Below are positions 25,408 through 38,335 of a stretch of 64,000 bases of DNA, piece after piece. The position numbers were made by a program, and so were the translations under genes. Positions within the stretch are counted from its first letter, which is position 1; each line of letters opens with the position of its first letter. The notes under the pieces were generated by a model that ran no database searches, had not been told where the DNA came from, and saw nothing but the letters and a program-made list of their open reading frames with translations. Origin of the DNA: the human T2T-CHM13v2.0 reference genome, Homo sapiens; assembly GCF_009914755.1 (NCBI RefSeq), contig NC_060925.1; one strand, 5' to 3'.

Positions 25408-25738
25408 TTTTTTTTAAAACTTGTATACGTTTAAAGGGTAAAAGTGCAGTTTTGTTACATAATTATATTCCATAGTGGTGAAGCTTGGGCTTTTAGTGCA
25501 ACCAGCACCCAAATATTGTACATTGTACCCACTAGGTAATTTTGCATCCCTCGCCCTCACGCCCACCCTCCCACTCTTCAGAGTCTCCAATATCTATTAT
25601 TCCACTATGCATGTGCATTATTTAGCTTCCACTTATAAGTGAGAACATGTGGTGTTTGACCTTCTGTTTTTTAGTTATTTCACTTAGGATAATGGCCTCC
25701 AGTTCCATCTGTGTTGCTCCACAAGACATGATTTCATA
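25408..25738 (-). mobile_element. L1PB3/4-like 3' end
   Basis: 'aagtgcagttttgttacata...catagtggtgaag...tttagcttccacttataagtgagaacatg...ggataatggcctccagttccatc'. Confidence 0.85.
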
Positions 25739-26087
25739 TGGACTTTACCTTCAAAATATATCCCAAATCTGTTCACTTGCCTCCTTTGCCACCCAGTCAT
25801 GCAAAACACCGTTATCTCTCATCTGAATTATGGTATTAGACTCTTATTTGATCTTTCTGTGTCTACTCTTGCCTCTTCTAAACCACTCAGCACCAAGTGG
25901 CAATAAAAGAGATACTAAAACTATGAATGGACTTATGTCACTTCTCTGTTTAACTCCTTTAGAGACTTCTGATTACACTTAGCGTAAAATCCAGATGTGT
26001 CTCAGAGGCCTAACTGGCTCTGCATGATCCCTCCGAGCCTGTCTCTTCAACTCTATTCTATGTCAGCTTCTTCTTCCCTATGTACTA

Positions 26088-26135
26088 TTAGGTTGGTGCA
26101 AAAGTAACTGCAGTTTTGTCATTAAAAGTAAGGCA
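26088..26135. mobile_element. MADE1 (mariner MITE), one arm only
   Basis: TA + TTAGGTTGGTGCAAAAGTAACTGCAGTTTTGTCATTAAAAGTAA; the right TIR is missing. Confidence 0.85.
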
Positions 26136-26334
26136 TTAAAGTAAAGTACTAACTCTCCGGCCACCCAAGCCTTCAAATTGTTCCTGGACCAAGAACTGTT
26201 TGTACCTTAAAGACTTTGCGCTTGTGTTTTCTTCTGCCTGGAAATCTCTTTATTCGGGTCTTTATGAAGCTCACATTTTGCACACTCTAAGTTTCATCTT
26301 AAATGTTATCTCTTTAGACAATAATGATAATAAT

Positions 26335-26620
26335 AATTAAGTTAACATATTTTTGAGTTAGCTCAAAATATAGGCCATGCCCCAGAACTAGACATTCTAC
26401 CTGGATTATCTCTTGCGATCCTTGTAACATCTTATGAAAGAGGTTTTATTATTATCCTTATTTTACAGATAAGGAAACTGAGGTTTAGGGATGTAAAATA
26501 ATGTTCCCAAATCATACTGTTGCACACTTATGCAGTATACTGTGTATGATGAAGCACAGAGTTTAGAATTACACACTGGGCTTTCTGGCTCCAAAGGCTG
26601 CCCTCTAAACTACCAGTCTC
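26335..26620 (-). mobile_element. MIR
   Basis: 'attattatccttattttacagataaggaaactgaggtttaggga...ctggctccaaaggctgccctct'. Confidence 0.8.
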
Positions 26621-27542
26621 TGTTGCCTCTAGAGAGAGGCTTGCCCCTCATTTTATTCTCAGTTATAGCATCTGTTTCTTTTCTTCGTTTTGCCTATTAC
26701 TCTCTGTATTTTTTTAAAAGAGTGTATTTATTTGTTTATTGCCTATCTTTACCACTAGTATTGAAAATTTTTATTGTTATTTTTCATTGTTATACCCTAG
26801 CACCCAATGCAGTACTTGGCACATAGTAGGTACTCAATAAGTAATTGATGAATAAATTTAGTAATGTGTTGATCTAACAGCTAGCTTTGGGTATAAGGTC
26901 AGGGATGATTTATAGCTTTTTAAAATTTCCATACTCTTACCACCAACCAATTTCAAGTTGCAAACAGTTTAACAATTGGCTTACAAGATCTCTGAAAGTT
27001 AAGCTCTAGCATATCACTGAATTAATGAATAAATGAATGAATGTTGCAAAGAGCAGAGTAGCTCACCCACAGTAATTGGTTTCCTAGCAGGATAGGGGGT
27101 TGCCCTTTCTGCATAAACCTTTGTGGTTTCAGCTCCAAACAGATCACATACATTGGTGTGAGGGTTCAGAGCACAGCTGTTATCAGAGCTGCAAAAGGAC
27201 AACGAAGAGTTAACTCTGTATCTGAGATACTAAATATCGCTACAACAATGTGGTGAGAAACACTGAGACCAGATACTGTCATTTCTTCATCTTTTTTCAC
27301 TGCCTCAGGTGTCGGCAAGGACACATATGATGCAGAAGCAAGGGCAGAATGACTTTGTTTTACCCTTTAAAGGGAGAGGATGGCAGAGATTGGAGCAGGA
27401 AGGAGTGAAAAGAGGAAAGGGGAAAAAGCCATTAATATTTTACATTAGGCTTAAAAATTCTCAGTTACAGCTTTGGCTAGGAGGAAACATTTCCTTGAGA
27501 ATGTTTGTTAGATGTTTTATGCTGCATGATCATACAAAGGAC

Positions 27543-27907
27543 TGATTTATAATTAGTCCAGTTACTTACCTCTGTGTGTAATCGGGAATGGCATAGGCAT
27601 TTTTTTTTGACAACTATGTGCCACTCAGCGTTGCTGATAACATCTTATTTGACAGTTTTTAATTACAAAAGTATCAATTGATTTTTTTTTTTTAAATCAA
27701 CAGTTCCGTAGTCCTGATTGATGTGAAGCGACAATAGATCTGAATGAATTTGTAGAACTTGGTGGGACTGTATTTATCACATTGGGTATGAGATTCCTGA
27801 CATATGTTGCCTGGCTGCAGCACCAAGGCAGTAAGACAAGGGGTGATGCTTGGATGTCTTGTCTCAGTCATGGCCAGGGTGTAATGTGTCTGTCATTTAA
27901 CTGACAG
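27543..27907. promoter_or_regulatory. Candidate PBX-HOX/MEIS enhancer-like unique element
   Basis: TGATTTAT 27543, TGACAG 27650, TGATTGAT 27715, inverted CTGTCA (27890) - N6 - TGACAG (27902). Confidence 0.4.
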
Positions 27908-28609
27908 GTCTATACCTTGGCCCCAGATGCTACAGCTCTTCACACTCTGCATAAGTAATATACCCCCTATTATGCACATTCGCTCTGGGATTTTGAATGA
28001 ATAAATTCTGAAATGCTCTCACTGAAAGCTCCAGAATCCAGATTTTTTAAAGTGCACATGTAATTAATTTTGCTTTAGAATTTTGAATTAATGCCAAGAG
28101 AAATGCCTTGCTCTATCTCTTTATTAATTTCCAGGTATGAGCCTGAAGAAAACAGCCAGCACTTTGCTTGAAATCATATGAATAATATTAGAGTAAGAAT
28201 GTCTCTGTTGGAGACAAAAACATTATATTTGGGTCTCTTGGTAATCTATCCATTGGTTAATGGACCCAGAACCCTCTAGACAGTTCACAAATCCACATAA
28301 CAGGGCAGAATTTTGCATTAGGATTCCTGACTTAGCTGAAAACTGTGACAAATCAGATGCAGCCAAAGAGTTCCCTATTGATTACAAATGTAGGGATCAA
28401 GAGTAAGTTATTCCATCTAAGGCAGCATTTATTTAAATTTAAAATGGTCCTTCCTGGTAATCTCAAATTGGATAATGGCATACAAATCAATGGAATTTTT
28501 CAGAGTATTAATTCCATCTCATTTGAGGGGCTTCCTATTCAATATTTGAAAGAATAGGTGTTGGTGTACAGTCAAATTTTGGGGGACTGTAAGAGTTTGG
28601 GTGAATATA

Positions 28610-28908
28610 GGCCTAGCACCGTGGCTCTCACCTGTAATCCCAGCACTTTGGGAGACCGAGGTGGGTGTATCCCTTGAGGCCAGGAGTTCAAGACTAGCCT
28701 GGCCACGTGGCGAAACTCCTTCTCTACCAAAAATACAAAAATTAGCTGGGAGTGGTAGTGCACGCCTGTAGTTCCACCTACTCCAAAGGCTGAGGCACAA
28801 GAATCTCTTGAACCCAGGAGGCAGAGGTTGCAGTGAACCGAGATCAGGCCACTGCACTAAAACCTGGGTGACAGAGACAGACCTTGTCTCAAAAAAAAAA
28901 AAAAAAAA
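28610..28908 (+). mobile_element. Full-length Alu (AluJb/Sz-like)
   Basis: Alu body plus A18 tail. TSD core agtttgggtgaat (28594-28606 / 28908-28920). Confidence 0.97.
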
Positions 28909-29389
28909 GTTTGGGTGAATTTAGAAAAGAAAATGAAGTTTTGGGACAAAATGTAAGTAACTCTTAGTTTTTTTTAAAGGAAAATAAACAACCAGTGGTC
29001 TTGAAAAAAAAAAGGCGGGGGAGGGGTGTCAAAATTGCAAGCCCTGTCAAAGTACTGTTTGCTACACAAGTATCTTTCATAGTTTGCCAATATCATTGAC
29101 TCAATTTCTTTCTCTAGAATTTGAGCATAGCACTAGGTTCATATAGGTAGGTTATAAAATGTTTTAATATTCTCTACCTTTAAAAAATATCCTAGCTGAA
29201 TGTATAAACCATCAGTTGCCCATCATTCTATCTGGTGTATAAATTCCCTATATATCACCCTGGACGACAAATAGTTCTAGCTAAACACATCTAAAAACAG
29301 AAAGGCCTCAATGTCCTAAGACAACTGAAGCAAACAGCTATGGCCTACCAAGTCAAAAGTTAAAAAAAAAAAAAAAGGGGGGCCTTACT

Positions 29390-29906
29390 GGATCAGGTAT
29401 TTGTGTACTAGTATTCACAGCAGCATTATTTGTAACAGCCAAAAGGTGGGAATAGCCCAAATATCCATTGACAGATGAATGGATAGACAAAATGTAGTAT
29501 ATACAAACAATAGAATATTAGCCTTAAAAAAGAATGAAATTTTGATACATGCTACAATATGGATGAATCTTGAAGATATTATAAGTAAAATAAGCCTATC
29601 ACAAAATGGCAAATATTGTACAATTCCACTTATGTGAGCTCTCCAGAGTAGTAAAATCCTAGAGACAGAAAGTAGAATGGTGGTTTCCAGGGACTGAGAG
29701 GAGGGAGGAATGAAGAGTTATTGTTTAATGGGCACAGAGTTTCAGTTTGGGAAAATAACGTTTCGGAGAAGGATTGTGGTAATGGTTGCAAAGCAATGTT
29801 AACTCACTTAATTCCACTGAATTGCACACTTGAAAGTGGTTAAGATGGTAAGTTTTATGTTGTGTTTATTTTACCACAATTAAAAACAAAACAACAACAA
29901 CAAAAA
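29390..29906 (+). mobile_element. L1MB (L1MB3-like) 3' end
   Basis: 'ttcacagcagcattattt...aatatccattgacagatgaatggata...agagacagaaagtagaatggtggtttccaggg...ttttaccacaattaaaaac' plus A-rich tail. Confidence 0.9.
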
Positions 29907-29960
29907 GCAAGATGTCTTAGAAGAAGCCAAGAGTTCTTGAGCATCTTTTTGTACCATCTT

Positions 29961-31809
<1,849 letters not shown>

Positions 31810-32639
31810 CTACTTGCTCTGTGCCCCTGTGTGTCTGACTTCTCCTTCGTGCTTTCGACCTTCTTTTTACACAACCATCCTGGATGGATAAGCCTGCCCA
31901 GCGTGTTTCCTAAGACATAAGTAGATGGATTTTGTTCAAAAGCCTTATCCCAAGGGTTGACATCAGTTCTAATATGTCTCACTATGGTTTCTCCCAGGAG
32001 TCTTCTCAAAACCTCTTGGCCCCACAATCTCAACTGTTAGCCCCAAATGCCAGTATCTGGAGATTCTTTGCCAGGTTAACCCCTACTTTCCCCTTTCAAC
32101 TCACAGGGGCCCTAGGGACACATGTATTTGCCTGAAATCTCTCTCTTTTCTTGTGTTTGCTAATTTTCTGGCATATCTTTTGCCTATCTTGATTTTTTGT
32201 ATTTCCAAAATGTGTACATAGTTTAAAATTTTAGGATACAAATGCCATTCCTGGGTAACTAAAATGGTCTTTGCTACAATTATTATTCCATGTGTGAGTA
32301 CCTTGTGCATGCTTGGACATTATCAGCAAAGCCATGGGATTTGATTCTAATGTTTATTTTAATTCAGCTGGTTCACATTATATAATAAAATCTGACTAAT
32401 TCTGAATAATGGAAGTTAAGACTACTGTGATTTCCTGAAAAATGAGAATCATTGACTAATTTTCAACATAATTAAATTGTTTTCCTTTTAAATTCCATGT
32501 GTATCATGAACAAAGTAAATAGAAACTAATAGGTAAAATGAGATCAGTTACAGAATGATTATGAATCAAAATATAATGGCCTAATGAAATAAATGCCCTT
32601 GAACATATACTAATTGTTCAATGATTAGACTCAGAAATT

Positions 32640-33740
32640 AAAAGTACCTTGATAGGTGCTCTCATTGTCTTCTCTCCTGGACAGTTGGATGATTTTCTCC
32701 CCAGGTATTCTTCTTACCTATTTGAGAACCCCTTCCACAACTTCTTCACTCTTGTCACTTCTCAATACTCTCATATTTTTTGCTCACTGGTCTTCTTACT
32801 TCTCATAGTCTTCCGGATATAATTTCAAGTTCTGCCTACTTGCTGCTGTTTCTCCAACTTCGGTCATTTTGTGTTCTCCAAGCCTGGATTCTCATCTGCC
32901 AACTGAACACTTCCACATCTCAGAATAAATTGAAACTCTAGATACTTTGAACTGAATTCATGCTCTTTGTCCTCATAACTCATTATTCTGGTATTCTCTG
33001 TACTTCTCTGGCCAGAAACCCCCTTTCTTAATCTTTTAGTAATAGCCAGAGTAGTGTCTAATATTGTGGAACTCTTGCTATGTATTGGCCACTTTCATAC
33101 GCAGCAGCCCTTGCAAGTGTACTTAATTATGTCCTCAGTTTATGGGTGAGCAGATGTAGATTGAGTGAAGTTAGGTGACTTGCCTAAGAGGTCCAAGTGA
33201 AGGTTCAGGCATTAAGACTACAAGGTTTATATTTTTAATGCCACCGTCTTAGTTCAAACCCTCATAATTTCACCTGGAATATCTATTAATTTGCCTTAAA
33301 TTTCACCTTACTCAGGTCCATTCTCTTTACTGCCACCAGACCTTCCTTTCTCCTTCCTTCCCTCAATTCCTTCCTTCTTTTTTTCTTCCTTCCTTCTTCC
33401 TTTTGAGTGAGTAAAAAAGAAAAGACCTATAGTGTCTCTCTCCTCCTTAAATGTTTCAAAGTCTCCATCTTGCCATCCTAATCAAATCCAGACTCCTTAA
33501 CCCTTTATGATCAGGTCCCTGAATTCTTGCCCAGGATTTTATCTCACCATTTATCTAATGATTTCCTTCTCATCACTTCCAACTCTACCAAACTGCTTGA
33601 AATTATCAACAGACCATGCATTCTGGTCTTTGTACCTTTGCATGCACTTCCACCTTTGCCTAGAACTCTCCTTGTACTGGCCAACTCTTAGCATTCTTCA
33701 GAACTCAGCCTGTCCTCCCTCTACCTCCACCATGTTCCTA
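32640..33740 (+). mobile_element. L2 fragments with a MIR (~33050-33245, minus) and a (TTCC)n tract (~33342-33404)
   Basis: 'ccaactgaacacttccac', 'ccaccgtcttagttcaaaccctcataatttcacctgga', 'aatcaaatccagactcctta', 'ctttgcctagaactc'. Confidence 0.55.
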
Positions 33741-34639
33741 TATTGCTCTGGGCTCTGGGCTTTCCAAAGCTGTTTGGAACAATAACCAAATGTTTTTGGA
33801 TGGTTATATCAGATGGGTACCAGTGCAGGGAAGTCTCTGGTTTTAAATCACTTCCCTATGGCATTCACAGCATTCTTCTGCCTTTTTTCCTATTATTCCT
33901 TAGTTAATTACATCTTAAATCAATACGTCCTTACAGAAACAGAAATTCACATCAGTCTCCTCTTTTCTCCTAAAATTTTTTCCAGTTAATTCAGCCACAG
34001 AGGTGAATACTTTGATTTATTCTTCTTTCTTTCTCCCTTTCTCTCATATATTTTTATCTGAGAGGAAAGAGACAGCCCCAGTTACTGGTCACATATGCAA
34101 ACTGACATCTGTATCCAAGAAAAGAAAATGCAAAATGTTTAAAAGTGAGATCAGCATAGTAAACCAATAGCATCCATCTCTAATGTGTTTAGAAATTTTT
34201 AGTAGACACTGTTAAGTCTTCACAATGTTTCCATTAACTTCTGATTTATCACAATGCAATTTGCTTTACATCCTACAGCTCCATTAAAAAGCAAATAAGA
34301 ATATACTTCCTATTAGTTTTGTCTTGGTTAATTATAGATATGGCAGCATGCTTAGCTCCTACTATATTTTTAATTAAAAGTATCTATGGCGATCAACTAG
34401 AATATGGATTACACAGATTTTATCGTTTGACCTGGAAACTAATAACCATTTGTAAGAGTATTTCTATAGGGAAAAAAAAGGCCTTCCAAGTTTTTAATAG
34501 CTGCCTTACAGACTTTGAGGCATAACCCTTCTAGAAGCTGTGGTCTTCTTACATTTAAATTTGTTAAAGTTTCACTGCTTATTTAAAGAAAATTTAAATT
34601 GTTTTCCCTGCATGCTTAGGGAACAATGAAAATGTAATG

Positions 34640-34775
34640 AAAAATGCATGCATTTTCAAGTGAGGCAGATTGGTGTTTAAATTCCACTGCGACCATTTGT
34701 GTTTTCTATGTTAAGCTTCACTTAAGCTTTCTGAACCTCAGTTTCTTGATCTGTAAAATGAAGATTAAATCCACG
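34640..34775 (+). mobile_element. MIR
   Basis: 'cacttaagctttctgaacctcagtttcttgatctgtaaaatg'. Confidence 0.65.
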
Positions 34776-34789
34776 TACATTCTGCATCT

Positions 34790-35650
34790 GCCCCATTAAT
34801 AAATCATGTCCACTTTATTCTCAAAAGGTATTCAGAATCGTACAATTTTTTTCACCTGCATGCTGCCATCCTGCTCCTAGTCATCATCACCATTATCTGG
34901 ATTGCTGCAATGGATTTCTGTTTGGTTGCCTTACTCCTGCCTTTGCCTCCCCTTCAGTCTATTTGCAACTTTGGCAGCCAGAGTATAAATATTAAAAAGT
35001 GAGTCAGTTACACCATTCCTTTGCTCAAAAGTCTGTAAGAGGTTCTCATTTCACATGGGTAAAAGCCAAAGTCCTCACTATGTCCCACAAGGCCCTACAT
35101 AATTTGATTCCTATCCTTCACTATTTCTGACTTCCTAAACACACACACAGGCAGACACACACACACACACATACACACACACCTGTGCCTTAGCAGTCTC
35201 CCTTGCCCACCTTTTTCCAGCCACATTGTCCTCCTTGTTCTTAAATATTCCAAATATTTCAGGTATGTTCAGGCCCTTGCACTTGCTGATTCCTTTGCCT
35301 AGAATGCATTCTGGATATCCATATGACTTGCTCCCTTGTTTATATCAATTCTGACTCAAATATTTTCTTCTTGGTAAATCCTTTCCTAGACACGCTTTCT
35401 AAAATGGCCAGTGACCCTCTTTCTCACCCTGTGCCCACACCTCATGTGCTCCTTTGCTTTATTTTCTCCTTAGCATTTACCAGTCTCTAAACACTGTATC
35501 TTTTATTTACCCTCATTGATCTCCCCTCCTAGAATGTAAGCCTCATGGAGGATGGGAATTTTTGTACTATTTGCTTTTGTTGTACTCCCAGCACTTAGAA
35601 CCCAGGACCTGGCACATAGTAGTAGGCACTTGATAACTTTGGTTTAATGA
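34790..35650 (+). mobile_element. L2a 3' portion
   Basis: 'gcagccagagt', 'aaaagccaaagtcctcac', 'ggcccttgcacttgctgattcctttgcctagaatgc', 'ctagaatgtaagcctcatggag...cctggcacatagtag'. Confidence 0.85.
35139..35182. repeat. Interrupted (CA)n microsatellite
   Basis: Read directly from the sequence. Confidence 0.9.
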
Positions 35651-35749
35651 CTTCCTACCTCTCCAATTGTTTCAAAGATTAAGTAAAATAATCCATATAA
35701 AGGATCTCCTACGTAGCAGTCACTGACTCTTAAGAAATTTGGCTTTGGT

Positions 35750-35990
35750 GGGAGTGGGGGCAGATGGACTTATGTTTAAACATACCTCTTTTGACTACCA
35801 GCTCTTGATCTGTGGGCAATTTACCTAGGCTCTCTGAGCCTCAGCTCCCTCCCCACAAAACCCCTTCCATGTATGAAATGGGTTATAATTAACATCTCAC
35901 CTTACTATATGGAATAAATAATATAATGTAAATAAACTACTTGGCACAGTGCCTGGCATATAATTAACACTCAGTAAGTCGTAACTGTTA
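35750..35990 (+). mobile_element. MIR
   Basis: 'gggcaatttacctaggctctctgagcctcag...aaatgggttataat...ttggcacagtgcctggcatataa'. Confidence 0.7.
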
Positions 35991-36519
35991 ATATGCTGAT
36001 TTTTAAACATCTTATCCCATGGAAGTTGAGGAAAGTAGATGGTGGGAAGTAGTGGGATGGACTCGGAGTCCTTGGGTCCTGTCTTCTGTTTAATTCTGCT
36101 CTTTGATAGATGTGTGCCTTTGAAAAAATAACACAACCTTTCTCTGCTTCAACTTCCTGTGAGGAGTACAGTAAATGATGACAACATAACACCCAGGCAA
36201 GAACTGTTTGTCAAAGGGAAACTAGTTTCTCTATGGAAAAACTGTTATGAGTTTTATTAATAAACTAAGTATGTTGGGTAGAAAAGAAAAGTTCTACCTG
36301 CCAATATCAATATGCATTTTAAATTTTAGATAAAATAAAGATAAAAATATTTTATTCTAATTATGGATGATCTGTGTCTTTCAGGACTGTATGTGCATTC
36401 TCCCAAATATCAGCTCTAATGTCATATTTTTCTATAATAGTGTCAGACTAAGAGCCTATGAAAACCTTGTCATTCTGGGGCGGGTGTGTGTGTGTGCACA
36501 CGTGCATGCATGTTGGGGT

Positions 36520-36696
36520 TAGGGTTACCAAATAAAATACAGGACAACCAGTTAAGTTTGAATTCATTGTAAACAATGAATATGGTTGTTATACAAGTTT
36601 TAGCATATAAAAGTTTAGTGTAAAACTGTTTATTGTTTATGTGAAACATTTTAACTGAGCATGCAGTACTTTTAGTTGCTTAATCTGACCAACCTA
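36520..36696. mobile_element. MER53 (hAT MITE)
   Basis: TAGGGTTACCAAATAAAATACAGGACAACCAGTTAAGTTTGAATT...ttattgtttatgtgaaa...tttaactgagc...aatctgaccaaccta. Confidence 0.85.
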
Positions 36697-36706
36697 CAGG
36701 GGGCGC
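36693..36706 (+). promoter_or_regulatory. CTCF-like motif (forward)
   Basis: CCTACAGGGGGCGC(TG) vs consensus CCACCAGGGGGCGC (2 mismatches); CpG retained. Confidence 0.5.
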
Positions 36707-37689
36707 TGTATATGTCTGTATGATACCCTTAGGCTTGTGACACAGGAAATGCGGTCTGATTAGTTCTGCAGCCTTAGTTACAAGGGTCAGCTGTGCTGAA
36801 ACTAGGTAGGTCTCTGCTGGCTTACTGCCACTCCCAAATGCTGCCCTCTACAACAGCCAATTACAGTGTCACCGAGCCTTCTCATTAGACACAATCTAAT
36901 GAGAAATGGCAAACGTCAATACTTTGGAATTTTGTTCTTTAGAAACTGTGTGGCAGATGAAGCAATTTTTCAACATTTAGTTTCATAATGAAATGATATC
37001 TTTGAAGTTCTGCATATTATATAAGAATGGGTTGACAATATTTAGACTCATTGAGTGTTAGATATGGAAGGGTCTTCAGATGCCACCTTGGCTACTCTTT
37101 TTATGCTGATAAGGCGACACTCAGAGAGTTCAACAGATTTGTGCAGGACTACATTCTGGCTTGGATGAGATTTTGGCCCTCTGTCTTCAGGCTCCACTGG
37201 TTTTCCCTACAGTGTTTCCCCTATGGTGCTCCCTATCTAATCCCTGCCATGACATTAGAATACACATTCACGTAGTGACAGAGTAGGATCCATTTTTCTT
37301 TCTCTGTGTGGCACCTTGCCCAGGATCATTTGGATGTATGGATATAATTGATAATCTGGTGCACCATGGTGTGTAAACATTGCCATCCACCTGGCCACTG
37401 TTATTTTAAATCATAAGCTCATCTCTATTCACATAATTTTCTATGCATTAAATTGGGTCACTTAATGTGATTATACAAAAATAATGATCCTATTCCCAGG
37501 CCCTTATGATAATGCACATTTTTTTCCTATTCTTTGAGGTGCAATGTCAAAGGTAGATTCTAGTGTAACTTTCATCACTACAGCTTATTTAGATATTCTG
37601 CATTTTCAATATTTCAGTAAAATTTAAAATGTTCTTGCTTCAGAACAAATTCTAAATAATGTGACACCAACGGGACAATTGGAAATTTA

Positions 37690-37960
37690 AACAGTGACTT
37701 TAACAGTGATGGAAAAGAATGATGTTTCATTCTTTAGGTGTGATAATGGTGTTGTAGTTACATTTAGAGACACATACTGATATGGATGTGCTCTTGGCTT
37801 GACTTCAAAATTATATTGTGGAAGGAGACAGGATTAAGTAGGGAATGGATCAAACAAGATTACTATTGAGATAATTACTGAAGGTGGATAGTGAGTACAT
37901 GACAGTTTCATTATACTATGCTGTCTACTTTTGTATATGCTTGAAATTTTCCAGAACAGT
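37690..37960 (+). mobile_element. Old L1ME/MC 3' end
   Basis: 'tttaggtgtgataatggtgttgtagtta', 'gagtacatgacagtttcattatactatgctgtctacttttgtatatgcttgaaattttcca'. Confidence 0.7.
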
Positions 37961-38164
37961 AAAAACTGTATCCTTATCTCCAAACTCTAGTCTGCTTATA
38001 CAAAGACAAAATAAAATTACATCACAGGAAATCAAAGATTTTAATGCCCATCTTTAGTGGGGAGAAATAATATTTGTCCAAAAGTTCAGTACTTGTGTGT
38101 CTGCTTCTTTTGTTCCCCTTCGTATTTTTGTGTTTTGGGGAGAGTAAACATGTAAGAGAAAGAA

Positions 38165-38335
38165 CTTAGAACTGGGGACTCAGGGAGTCTAGATTCTAGC
38201 AAGTTTCTGCCTTTTGTTAGTTGTGTGACCTCAGGCAAGATACTTAATCTCTTTGGGTCTCAGTTTTCTCATTATGTAAAATGAGAACATTGCACTGTGT
38301 GGTTTCATAGGGCGTTTGGCTCTAAAATTGTTTGA
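38165..38335 (+). mobile_element. MIR
   Basis: 'tgtgtgacctcaggcaagatacttaatctctttgggtctcagttttctcattatgtaaaatgag'. Confidence 0.75.

Larger units (their letters stand above)
23330..26860 (+). mobile_element. Fragmented L2a hosting nested insertions
   Basis: Collinear L2 pieces: 'aaatgggatcacc...ccagctgcctaagccaaaaacta' (~23390), 'ctttaccttcaaaatatatcccaaatctg' (~25745), 'cttctgcctggaaat' (~26230), 'taccctagcacccaatgcagtacttggcacatagtaggtactcaataa' (~26800). Confidence 0.7.

Noticed and set aside
26088-26135. Possible miR-548-type hairpin from MADE1
   Set aside because: The right arm is missing, so no hairpin can form.
29016-29027. G-rich run, possible G-quadruplex (also ~4402-4415)
   Set aside because: Fewer than four well-spaced G3 runs.
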